A stretch of 64,000 nucleotides of DNA from the IMG/VR virus record IMGVR_UViG_3300025727_000603, positions 1 to 64,000 of that record. The stretch is one strand, 5' to 3'. Made by a program: the position numbers and the translations under genes. The stretch comes from a virus. Shown here piece after piece: positions 49,991 to 58,924 of the stretch. A model generated the notes under the pieces. The model was not told the DNA's origin. It did no database searches and saw only the letters and a list, made by a program, of their open reading frames with translations. Numbering within the stretch: the stretch's first letter is position 1; every line of letters begins with the position of its first letter.

Positions 49991-50592
49991 GATGTCTAGT
50001 TACTGGATATAACGGATTCTTAATGAGTTATCTGATACCCTGTTTAAAGTATGATATTGTATATTATGAGGTTGATAAGGAATACAAGGATATTGATATT
50101 GTAATACATTTTGCATCACCATCAGATGATTTTGATTTCCTTGATAAATCTAAAACTGCACATAGTATGATAGATATGACTATAGAACTATTAAATATAG
50201 CTAGAAAGAACAATGCTAAGTTTATATTCTCTTCTTCAATGGCATCTCAAGAGATTACAAATGAATACTCTGTATATAAGCTTGCAATGGAACACTATAT
50301 ACAAAGTACATATAATAATCATTGTATTCTTAGAATACCAAGAGTATATGGTCAACTGAAGAAAAAGGGATTAATGAGAAAGTTTAGAGAAGATTTAGTA
50401 CCTCCCTCTGATATGAACTTATCTATAGAATATATAGACATACATGAATGGTTATTACAAACTATTCAGTACATAAAAGGTCCTTTAGGACTTTTTGAAT
50501 ATAACAATTTAACAATAGATACATTATATAACATTAAACATGAATATATTAATACTAGGCGGGACAGGATTTATAGGAACACATCTAGCTAG
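49987..50592 (+). CDS. NAD-dependent epimerase/dehydratase (short)
   Basis: LVTGYNGFL, VIHFAS, FIFSSS, Y...K (YSVYK) and LRIPRVYG; start at the ATGA overlap. Confidence 0.75.
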   Translation: MRCLVTGYNGFLMSYLIPCLKYDIVYYEVDKEYKDIDIVIHFASPSDDFDFLDKSKTAHSMIDMTIELLNIARKNNAKFIFSSSMASQEITNEYSVYKLAMEHYIQSTYNNHCILRIPRVYGQLKKKGLMRKFREDLVPPSDMNLSIEYIDIHEWLLQTIQYIKGPLGLFEYNNLTIDTLYNIKHEYINTRRDRIYRNTSS

Positions 50593-51439
50593 ATCATATG
50601 AAGAATCAGGTGACTCTGTAACTGTAATAGATAACTATTCTACATCAAATTCTGGTGGTCTTAAAGTACTTAAGAACATTGATATAGTCTATAATGATAT
50701 AACAAAGATGGATGATTCCATACTTTACCCATATATTGGAAATGCAGATAAGATTTATTTTCTTGCAGGATCTGTTGGTGTATCTAATATAGACTCTAAT
50801 CCCTATCAAACTCTTTTGAATAATGTTGATATCTGTAGAAAACTTATCCCCCTATTTGAAAAGGCTCAGAGGCATGTAATATTCACATCATCCTCTGAAA
50901 TATATGGTTCTGCTGAGTATGCATTTTCTGAAGACGATCCAGCATCTATACCCTCATCACTTAATACAAGAGGTGGGTATGCAACCTCTAAGTTATTAAC
51001 AGAGTTTATGATAACATCCTCTTCTTTTCCATATTCTATAGCACGTCTATTTAATGTAGTAGGATCTGGTCAGTTATCTAAGTATGGTATGGTCCTACCA
51101 AGATTTATTGAAAAGGCAAAAAAGAATAAACCTTTAGCTATATATGGTACAGGAGAGCAAATAAGATCATTTTGTCATGTCTCAGATGCTGTAAGTCTTC
51201 TACAAAAGATAACACCTGAAGATAAATTAATTAATATAGGTAATTCTGAGGACCCTATTACTATGACAACACTAGCTATGTTAGTTATTAAACTTCTTCA
51301 CTCAAAATCTATAATTTCCTATAAAAATCCAAGGTCTGGTGAGATTATGTATAGAATACCCGATATGTCTATGGCAATTAATAAGTATGATTATAAACCT
51401 AGATATGATTTAGGTGATATAATAAAGGAAATGATGTGA
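50540..51439 (+). CDS. NAD-dependent epimerase/dehydratase (GalE / UDP-glucuronate decarboxylase-like)
   Basis: GGTGFIG, IDN.ST, LAGSVGV, SSSEIYG, YATSK, RLFNVVG, YGMVLPRF and G.G.Q.RSFCHV.D. Confidence 0.9.
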   Translation: MNILILGGTGFIGTHLARSYEESGDSVTVIDNYSTSNSGGLKVLKNIDIVYNDITKMDDSILYPYIGNADKIYFLAGSVGVSNIDSNPYQTLLNNVDICRKLIPLFEKAQRHVIFTSSSEIYGSAEYAFSEDDPASIPSSLNTRGGYATSKLLTEFMITSSSFPYSIARLFNVVGSGQLSKYGMVLPRFIEKAKKNKPLAIYGTGEQIRSFCHVSDAVSLLQKITPEDKLINIGNSEDPITMTTLAMLVIKLLHSKSIISYKNPRSGEIMYRIPDMSMAINKYDYKPRYDLGDIIKEMM

Positions 51440-52077
51440 TACTTTTTATATTTGCTCACCCAGATGATGAATCGTATGGGCCATCAGGTACAATATCAAA
51501 ATTATCTGATAATAATAAAGTTGTAGTTATTTCACTATGTAAAGGTGATAAACCGCATGCAACACATGTATCTTCCGATCGAATATTAGCATTTAAAGAG
51601 TCATGTCGTCTCTTAAATGCCCAACCTATTATATTCGATCAGTCAGATTGTAATATGGATTATTCTGAAACTCTTGAAACAATTGAAACTGTTATTGAAA
51701 CATACAAACCTGAAGAAGTATACACACATAATATATCAGATATACATAAGGATCATAGAATAGTATCGGAAGCTTGTATGGTAGCATGCAGACCTAAGAC
51801 CCAGAGTACAGTACGTGCTCTATACATGTTAGAAATACCGTCTTCTACAGATTGGAGTTTTGGACAAATTGAACCTGTATTTGTACCAAATTATTATGTT
51901 GATGTAACAGATAAGATAGTGCTTAAACAACGTGTAATGTCATTATATTCAACTGAACTCTATAATTACCCTGATTGCAGATCTATAGAATCTATGGAGG
52001 CCTTAGCTATGTACCGTGGAAAGCAAGTAGGAGTACATAGGGCAGAGGCGTTTAAACAAGTATATCGTCTATGTTAA
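51436..52077 (+). CDS. PIG-L family deacetylase
   Basis: FAHPDDE..G..GT, THN..D.H.DH, PN.YVDV and RG...G...AEAF. Confidence 0.9.
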   Translation: MILFIFAHPDDESYGPSGTISKLSDNNKVVVISLCKGDKPHATHVSSDRILAFKESCRLLNAQPIIFDQSDCNMDYSETLETIETVIETYKPEEVYTHNISDIHKDHRIVSEACMVACRPKTQSTVRALYMLEIPSSTDWSFGQIEPVFVPNYYVDVTDKIVLKQRVMSLYSTELYNYPDCRSIESMEALAMYRGKQVGVHRAEAFKQVYRLC

Positions 52078-52579
52078 TACGTTCTGAACCATAAAAGTCA
52101 GTAAAGCCGTATGATTTTGAGAGTATTGCCTTATATAGACCATCAAGATCATCATTATAAGGAAAACAGAATGATGTAGGTACTGAGTTAAAATATTTTA
52201 ACCAGAATTCTAACATTTCATCTGTATCTTGTTTTATCCAAGATATCTTATCTACTAATCTCTCAAACTTATTAAGATTTTGATGATAATGTGAATGGGC
52301 TCCAAGAGGTAATTCAAGCATTTGATCAAGAGTCATATAATTTTCCATATTACCCCTAAATGCTTCTTTATGAGCATTTCCACATGTTATAAATCTAGAG
52401 GATTGTATTGACTTCTCTGGACAAATAATTCCAGACGATATAAAGAATATCTTTTGATTCTTAAGATGTCTTGCATATTCATATTGTGTGTATAGACCAT
52501 CATCAAACGTTAAAAATAGATTTGGATCTATTATAAGAGGCTTTCTTAATTCGTGTATCATTAGGGTCTTATTAGTCAT
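52052..52579 (-). CDS. polysaccharide deacetylase (NodB-like)
   Basis: LTFDDG, FFI, GAHSHYH and FCFPY motifs. Confidence 0.8.
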   Translation of the reverse strand: MTNKTLMIHELRKPLIIDPNLFLTFDDGLYTQYEYARHLKNQKIFFISSGIICPEKSIQSSRFITCGNAHKEAFRGNMENYMTLDQMLELPLGAHSHYHQNLNKFERLVDKISWIKQDTDEMLEFWLKYFNSVPTSFCFPYNDDLDGLYKAILSKSYGFTDFYGSERINIDDILV

Positions 52580-52596
52580 ATAAATATATATAAATA
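52579..52596 (+). promoter_or_regulatory. tandem T4-type late promoters
   Basis: TATAAATA at 52579-52586 and 52589-52596, upstream of ATG 52633. Confidence 0.7.
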
Positions 52597-52632
52597 GTAA
52601 TAACGATACTTATACCGAGAGAAACCACAGTT

Positions 52633-53037
52633 ATGGCCGCAATTAGCAATTTAAATATAGATCAGGGGACTGATTTTGAAGTCTCAGTATCCTTATTCGA
52701 TAAAGATTTAAATCCTTTTGATCTTAGAGAATATGTTTTGGATGCTGAGAATATCCCAACTTTCCAGACACCTGGTACATATCCAGTTATTGAAGGTCAG
52801 ATTAGAAAATCCTTTAATTCAATCAAATCTTATGAATTTGATATTCAAGTAATTGATGCAATAAATGGTGTTGTAGTTCTTAGGTTACCTTATACTGTAT
52901 CAAATACAATGAAACCAGGCCGGTATATTTATGATATTGAGGTTAAATCGTTTAATGTGGTAATAGGACAGCCAATGGTTGAAAGGATTTTGCAGGGAAA
53001 TATATTACTTTCCGGTAATGTAACCAAACTCATATAG
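52633..53037 (+). CDS. conserved T4-like virion protein
   Basis: NL.IDQG.DF, GQIRKS, G...L.L.......K.GRY.YD.E and RIL.G......VT. Confidence 0.65.
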   Translation: MAAISNLNIDQGTDFEVSVSLFDKDLNPFDLREYVLDAENIPTFQTPGTYPVIEGQIRKSFNSIKSYEFDIQVIDAINGVVVLRLPYTVSNTMKPGRYIYDIEVKSFNVVIGQPMVERILQGNILLSGNVTKLI

Positions 53038-53054
53038 ACTGGGAGTAGAGAAAG

Positions 53055-53273
53055 ATGAGTACAATAGATTATATAAAGGTAGGAACAGCTACACAGAATA
53101 TCCAACTTACATCTACTATTAACAATTCAGGTAGATTGGATACTTTAAATGATGTAGATATAACAGAAAAGATAGATGGGTCCGTTATTGTATGGGACGA
53201 ACAATCAAATAGATATAAAGTAAAACCAAAATTAGAACATTCTAATTTATTCATTATAGGTGGAACGTTTTAG
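53055..53273 (+). CDS. small tail-associated protein
   Basis: L..L.DVD......G.V..W....Y repeat-type motif and terminal GG.F. Confidence 0.55.
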   Translation: MSTIDYIKVGTATQNIQLTSTINNSGRLDTLNDVDITEKIDGSVIVWDEQSNRYKVKPKLEHSNLFIIGGTF

Positions 53274-53344
53274 TCTTATATAAGACAGATAACCCTACCG
53301 ACAATAAAGCAAATATAAATTAAATAGAATTAGGAGTTCTAACA

Positions 53345-55390
53345 ATGGCAACAGTAATAAAAATTAAACAATCTGGGAAACAGGCGGCCGCGGCTGAGGA
53401 TTTAGCACAAGGTGAATTAGGATACACTTTTGGGGAGGCAACGGTAGTTGCAAGCGAGCTCCAATCAGCTGCTCCTGGTGGCTCTAGATTATATATAGGT
53501 TATGGCGATACCAATGCCGAGAATTTAGTTATTGGTGGGTCATATTTTACCAATATGCTCGACCATGTTCATGGTGAATTAATCCTAAATTCAGCAATTA
53601 TAGTAGATGGAAATAAAAAAATTAATGAGTTAAATGTAGATAATATTACATTAGATGGGAATGCAATATCTATTACAGATACTAATGGTGATTTAACATT
53701 AGGTGCAAATGGTACCGGTAAGATTAAATTTATATCAGATCAGGAATTTGCTGGTGATTTAGAGATTGGTAACACAACAACAATCCAACATCTTAAAGTA
53801 TATGGCTCGGCAATAGTTGATAATCTTAAGATCGATGGTAATACAATAAATGCAGAAGGTGGTCTTTTTGACCAAACTGCTAATCAATCTATTACTATAA
53901 CACCTAAAGGTGCTGGTGATGTTGAACTTGGAACATCAGGAGCAGGTGTTCTTCGAATTCCTGCAGGCCCTACTCTTACTAGAAAAGAAGCATCATCTGC
54001 AACAGTTAGTGATACTGAAGCAATGACTGGTTCTATGAGATACAATACAAGTACTCATAGATTTGAAGGTATAGTTAATGGTAGTTGGACTGGTCTTGGT
54101 GGTGTAATAGATAATGACCAAGATACATATATCACCGCAGAAGAAGATAATGCAGGAGATTCTACAGGAAATCCAAGTCACGTTATAGTTGATGATACAC
54201 TAAGATTCTTTATAGCTAATACTGAAGAAATGAGACTTAACTCAACTGAACTTCAAGTTGATGTAATTAATGGTAGGACTGCACAAGCATCAAGTGGTCA
54301 AGTTAAAGTAGATACTAACTTATTAGTATCAGGTGATCTAACCGTAGAGGGAACTACTACTACTGTAGAATCTACTGTTGTAACTATAGCTGATCCTGTA
54401 ATGCATCTCGGTGAAGGTTCATTAGTAGCCAATGATGGTCTTGATCGTGGGGTTAGTTTTGATTATGGTAATGGTACTGCAGTCAAAACTGGTTTCTTTG
54501 GTTTTGATATCCAGACTTCAAAGTTTGTATTTAAACCCGATACTTCGGTTGCAACGGCACCTGTTGCAGTGACTGTTACTGCAAGTACAAGAGTACCAAC
54601 ACTTGTAGATTGGACACAAAGAGCCTACTCAGGTATTACAGAGGTACAGTACAATAATGGTTCAGGGGCATCTATTGCAATAGCTGAGTATACATACACT
54701 CCTGAAGACTTTAGTTCCACTTGGGGTGATGTTGCTTTTGGTAATATGGCACTATCTGCATCCGCTACAATTGGAACATCTGCAACAATTGGAACAACTT
54801 TAGGTGTTACTGGAGCAACTACATTAACTGGTCTATTAACAGCGAATGGTGGTATCACATGTGATTCTGGTGTATTTTCTGTCGCGGATACTACTGGTGA
54901 TGTAGTAACTACAGGCACATTAACTGCTAGTGGACTATCTACACTTAATGGTGGTATAGTCGTTGATACTGATAAGTTTACTGTCGCGGATACTACTGGT
55001 GATGTAGTAACCAAAGGTACATTAGATGTTACCGAAGCATCTAGTTTTAATAAAAAAACAGGCCTTGTAACTGTTGCTACACAGAATGACAACAAAGTAA
55101 CCATAGGAACCGAACCTGAATTATGGAATGGTTCTGACTCAGCTGTGTATAATGCATACTCAGAGGGAGTTGTTGTTAAACATGCAACTAAATATTATAG
55201 ATATAAAGCTGCTTCTGAGTACATAAATATGAATCCTGCCAATACACCACCTGGCGATACCTCTACGGCCGTAGACCTCAATGCATGGGCAGAGATTAAT
55301 TATAAGGCACCAATGGTTATAGATTTTGCAGGTAGGATGACAGATGGTGTTATAACAGGAGCTACTATCATTGATTGTGGATCATTCTAA
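53345..55390 (+). CDS. tail fibre-like protein
   Basis: IKIK.S...L..GEL.Y, IGG.YFT, VDN...DGN.I, G.MRYNT....FEG, LGGVID.DQDTYI, G.L.V.GTTT.V.S and IDCG.F. Confidence 0.75.
   Translation: MATVIKIKQSGKQAAAAEDLAQGELGYTFGEATVVASELQSAAPGGSRLYIGYGDTNAENLVIGGSYFTNMLDHVHGELILNSAIIVDGNKKINELNVDNITLDGNAISITDTNGDLTLGANGTGKIKFISDQEFAGDLEIGNTTTIQHLKVYGSAIVDNLKIDGNTINAEGGLFDQTANQSITITPKGAGDVELGTSGAGVLRIPAGPTLTRKEASSATVSDTEAMTGSMRYNTSTHRFEGIVNGSWTGLGGVIDNDQDTYITAEEDNAGDSTGNPSHVIVDDTLRFFIANTEEMRLNSTELQVDVINGRTAQASSGQVKVDTNLLVSGDLTVEGTTTTVESTVVTIADPVMHLGEGSLVANDGLDRGVSFDYGNGTAVKTGFFGFDIQTSKFVFKPDTSVATAPVAVTVTASTRVPTLVDWTQRAYSGITEVQYNNGSGASIAIAEYTYTPEDFSSTWGDVAFGNMALSASATIGTSATIGTTLGVTGATTLTGLLTANGGITCDSGVFSVADTTGDVVTTGTLTASGLSTLNGGIVVDTDKFTVADTTGDVVTKGTLDVTEASSFNKKTGLVTVATQNDNKVTIGTEPELWNGSDSAVYNAYSEGVVVKHATKYYRYKAASEYINMNPANTPPGDTSTAVDLNAWAEINYKAPMVIDFAGRMTDGVITGATIIDCGSF
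54879..55011 (+). repeat. 31-bp perfect direct repeat (102-nt period) in tail fibre gene
   Basis: ctgtcgcggatactactggtgatgtagtaac at 54879-54909 and 54981-55011, encoding VADTTGDVVT twice. Confidence 0.9.
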
Positions 55391-55439
55391 AACAACTAAA
55401 TAAGAGTATATTAAATAATATATAAAGAGACCCATATAT

Positions 55440-57902
55440 ATGGCTACTAGATTAAAAATAAAACAAACTGCTGTACCAGGTAAGAAACCTGTTGCTTCCC
55501 CATCAACTGATTCTGCCTACATAGAGCAGGGTGAGTTGGCATTAAACACAGCCGATAAAAAACTCTGGACAAATGATGGTTCTGCAATAGTTGAATTAAC
55601 TACTAACGATATAGCATCAATTCTGTTTCCAGGATTAATTAAAATAGGATTTACGGAGAATGGTAGGGATTATCCACTTGAATTAGATAGTTCTAATAAG
55701 GCTTATGTTAATGTACCTTGGACTGATACAGATACTCTTGCAGGTTTAACAGATACTGATACTGCTGGAGCCGTTAATGATTCTATTCTTAAATATGATA
55801 GTAGTACATCTAAATGGGAAATTGCTGAAAATACTATTGACCTTTTAGAAGATACTGATACTACTGGAATCAATCACAACGCTATTCTTAAATATGATAT
55901 TATTGCTGGGAAATGGGTTATTGGAACTAATGCTACAGCAGGTGCTACATCATCAGCCATATTACCAGTTGCTTATGCTAGATTATTTACAACATATTCT
56001 GGTACAGGAACAGGTATAAATTGGAGTGCCTATAATTCTAGTAACGGACAAATTCAATTTTATTTTAATACTGTACAACCAGATTTCAATTACTCTGTAG
56101 TTACAGATTCAGAAGGATATGATAACTTACAAATACAAACTATTAATAAAACTACTACTGGGTTTAAAATAGTATCAGCTGATGCATCAGGTTCATATGT
56201 ACCACCATCAACATTTCCATTTTCATTAATTGTATATCCAAGTAACCCATTACAAACTATAACGTCAGATTCATATACCGGTTCCGGATTAATTTCTATA
56301 TCTGGTTCCGGTGCTATATCAACTACTGCTGAAACTAATGTTCAATCTGATTGGACTGCTACTTCTGGTGATGCAGCTATTCTGAATAAACCCACTGACT
56401 TTTCCACTGGTACCAGTGGATTTGTAGCGGGCCCATCTACTGCTGATGAGTCAGCTGGTAGAATATTAGATGCTAATAATACCTGGGTAGATAAACCAAC
56501 TAACGGTACTGACGGTAATGGTATTACAGGATCTAGTTATAATGCAAGTGACGGTAAGGTTACACTAACATTTGATACTACAGCTGATTTTACTACTGGT
56601 GATTTAAGACGTCCTGTAGGTGCTATAGCTTCTGGCTCTAATGATATTGTATCATCAGGTACATTACACGCCGAGTTTTTGGGATACGCTACATCGTCTC
56701 ATGGTATACATGTACCTAGTTCTACAACTCAAGGTGATGTATTAACTGCTGGAGCTACTGCCGGAGCATTAACATGGGCAGCTCCTTCTTCCTCCTCTGT
56801 TGAAATATCTGATGATGTACCAATTTCTCCAAGTGCTGGGGATCTTTGGATTGATTCTGCATCGATGAGTTTAAATGCTTATTATGCTGATGGTACTTCA
56901 TCACAATGGGTAGGAATATCCGGTTCAAGTGGTGGTGGCAGCGGTGGTTTCAATGGAGTTATGGATGATCATATGATACCAACTACCAATGATACATATG
57001 ATATTGGTTCTGCAGAATACAAGATAAGAGATCTTTATGTATCAGATAACTCTCTTTGGATTGGTGACGATCATAAGGTGAGTGTCGAAGGTGGGAAACA
57101 AAAGAATAAGAAGCGGAAGCAGGGTAAGACCCCCAAGAAAGTATTTGATGCTTTAATTGGTGACGCCCCTAAACCATTTCCTACTGAAGCTGATTTAAAG
57201 GCTAAGTTTAAAATAGATATACATGACCCTGCACCAGATCCTACAGTAGATCCTGATCACGTAGATTTTCAACCATTAACGCATCAATGGTTACATTTTG
57301 CTATAATTAATGGAATGGCAGGGGCTATTACCCCAGAAAATATATTTGATAATACTGATGATTTTGCAGATGATTCTGATACTACGACATCAACAACTGG
57401 CCCGCTCACCACATCAAACCCAGGGAGTGTAGGACACTTCTGGATTAACTCAACATCTGGTGAGGCATACGTTTGTACTGATGCTTCTACGGATGCGAAT
57501 GTTTGGACGGGTATTAGTGCCGATCTTAGCAACTATGTTTCAACATCTTCACCCGCTTTTAATGCAAGGCTAAATGGTAATGGGAACGACTATTACAATT
57601 TTCATCCGCGAGTCTATAACGCTTACCCGACAACCGGTCAAGTACATTCATTAAATTTTCTATATCCCCAATATAGGCTAATATTTAGCGGCGATGCTAC
57701 ATTGACTTATACCGCTAGTATATTTGGCTCAACAATGATGTTGATGCTAAAACCCAATGGACATACAATTACTTGGTCAGGCAGCGCATTTAAATGGGCC
57801 GGGGGTACGGAACCGACATGGTCGGAGCATACCTGGTGGTTGATTGGTTTGACGTATGTCGATTCCGGTTATGTTTTTTGTAGTCCGACAGGTGCGACGT
57901 GA
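55440..57902 (+). CDS. mosaic tail fibre protein
   Basis: N-terminal K.T...GK.P...GELALNTAD.KL, tandem L.DTD...ILKYD...KW repeats, P..GDLW.DS, YDIGSAEYKIRDLYVS and C-terminal W.GGTEPTW. Confidence 0.7.
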   Translation: MATRLKIKQTAVPGKKPVASPSTDSAYIEQGELALNTADKKLWTNDGSAIVELTTNDIASILFPGLIKIGFTENGRDYPLELDSSNKAYVNVPWTDTDTLAGLTDTDTAGAVNDSILKYDSSTSKWEIAENTIDLLEDTDTTGINHNAILKYDIIAGKWVIGTNATAGATSSAILPVAYARLFTTYSGTGTGINWSAYNSSNGQIQFYFNTVQPDFNYSVVTDSEGYDNLQIQTINKTTTGFKIVSADASGSYVPPSTFPFSLIVYPSNPLQTITSDSYTGSGLISISGSGAISTTAETNVQSDWTATSGDAAILNKPTDFSTGTSGFVAGPSTADESAGRILDANNTWVDKPTNGTDGNGITGSSYNASDGKVTLTFDTTADFTTGDLRRPVGAIASGSNDIVSSGTLHAEFLGYATSSHGIHVPSSTTQGDVLTAGATAGALTWAAPSSSSVEISDDVPISPSAGDLWIDSASMSLNAYYADGTSSQWVGISGSSGGGSGGFNGVMDDHMIPTTNDTYDIGSAEYKIRDLYVSDNSLWIGDDHKVSVEGGKQKNKKRKQGKTPKKVFDALIGDAPKPFPTEADLKAKFKIDIHDPAPDPTVDPDHVDFQPLTHQWLHFAIINGMAGAITPENIFDNTDDFADDSDTTTSTTGPLTTSNPGSVGHFWINSTSGEAYVCTDASTDANVWTGISADLSNYVSTSSPAFNARLNGNGNDYYNFHPRVYNAYPTTGQVHSLNFLYPQYRLIFSGDATLTYTASIFGSTMMLMLKPNGHTITWSGSAFKWAGGTEPTWSEHTWWLIGLTYVDSGYVFCSPTGAT

Positions 57903-58855
57903 GTTTGCCGCATACTTTCTACGCGGCGACTTTTGCGGGTGCATTGCCGGCCCCAGAGGGGTCCACATGTGAATTCTCTAACACATTCACTAATGCAGGA
58001 CAAATAGGTAGGACTGGACCTTCTCAAAGTCAAATTAATCAAGCATATTCAGATGTAACTGTTACTAATGGTATTCAAGAATGGATAGTTCCTTGCACCT
58101 CTACCTATAGTATCACTGTAGCTGGAGCATCAGCTGACGGGACGAGAAAAGGACTAGGGGCGATTATAAAAGGGGAGTTTTATCTTACAGAAGGGGATAC
58201 TATAAAAATAATTGTTGGCCAACAAGGTACTCTAGAGGGAGAACCACAGCACAATGACATGTCTAGTTCTGGAGGAGGAGGTAGTTTTGTGTGGAATTCA
58301 AATATTGGAACCCCCTCAAGTTCAAATACCCCTCTGATAGCAGCTGGTGGAGGAGGAGGAGGAAGTGGCATCGTCGGAAACCACACCGGAACAAACGCTT
58401 CATACTCTACATCTGGTGCCCTTGGAACAGGTGGCTGTCCTGGAAGTGGAGGTACAAGTGGAGGGGCTGGAGCTCCAGGAGGTTGTGATGGTAATTGGTG
58501 GGATGGAACAGGTGGAGCAGGTTGGCATCAAGACTCTGTAACCTCTGGACAAAATTCTGGACTAGGAGCTCCCCCAGTTTCAGTTGCAAATGGTGCGGTA
58601 GGTGGACTTGGGCATTATCAGTCGACTGTCGAAGGTGTTGGTGGCTTTGGATGCGGTGCAGGAGCTACCGGAGATGGTATTTGGGGTGTTGGTGGCGGTG
58701 GCGGTGGCTACTCAGGCGGTGGCGGTGGCGGTAATACTGGTACTGATAGTGATAGAGGAAGTGGTGGCGGTGGCGGTTCATATAACAACGGTCAAAATAC
58801 CACCACTCTTGGTTATCAGACTGGTCATGGCTACGTCATAATCGAAACTCTTTAG
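57899..58855 (+). CDS. glycine-rich-domain adhesin-like protein
   Basis: FTNAG..GR.GP, GIQEW.VP....Y.I...GA, L..GD...I.VGQ.G, GGGGSFV, PLIAAGGGGG, GGGGGYSGG and GGGGGSYN.G; GTG start. Confidence 0.75.
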   Translation: MSLPHTFYAATFAGALPAPEGSTCEFSNTFTNAGQIGRTGPSQSQINQAYSDVTVTNGIQEWIVPCTSTYSITVAGASADGTRKGLGAIIKGEFYLTEGDTIKIIVGQQGTLEGEPQHNDMSSSGGGGSFVWNSNIGTPSSSNTPLIAAGGGGGGSGIVGNHTGTNASYSTSGALGTGGCPGSGGTSGGAGAPGGCDGNWWDGTGGAGWHQDSVTSGQNSGLGAPPVSVANGAVGGLGHYQSTVEGVGGFGCGAGATGDGIWGVGGGGGGYSGGGGGGNTGTDSDRGSGGGGGSYNNGQNTTTLGYQTGHGYVIIETL

Positions 58856-58856
58856 C

Positions 58857-58922
58857 TTAGATGATAATAAATATATGTGGAACGAAGAAACTAGTAACTG
58901 GCACTTAACAGAGGTTGAATAA
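58857..58922 (+). pseudogene. probable C-terminal relic of a deleted tail-associated gene
   Basis: The intergenic frame reads LDDNKYMWNEETSNWHLTEVE-stop, resembling the Y.WNEET..W C-terminal motif of small phage tail proteins. Confidence 0.45.
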
Positions 58923-58924
58923 GA

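Noticed and set aside
33715-52579. Island as a DNA hypermodification or 7-deazaguanine pathway
   Set aside because: No QueC, QueD, FolE, DpdA, thymidylate synthase-like or nucleotide kinase motifs were recognised, and the context is late tail genes. This is disfavoured rather than excluded.
53273-53286. Perfect 14-bp palindrome gtcttatataagac at the end of a small gene
   Set aside because: It is AT-rich with no U-tract and occurs once, so it cannot be called a terminator or operator.
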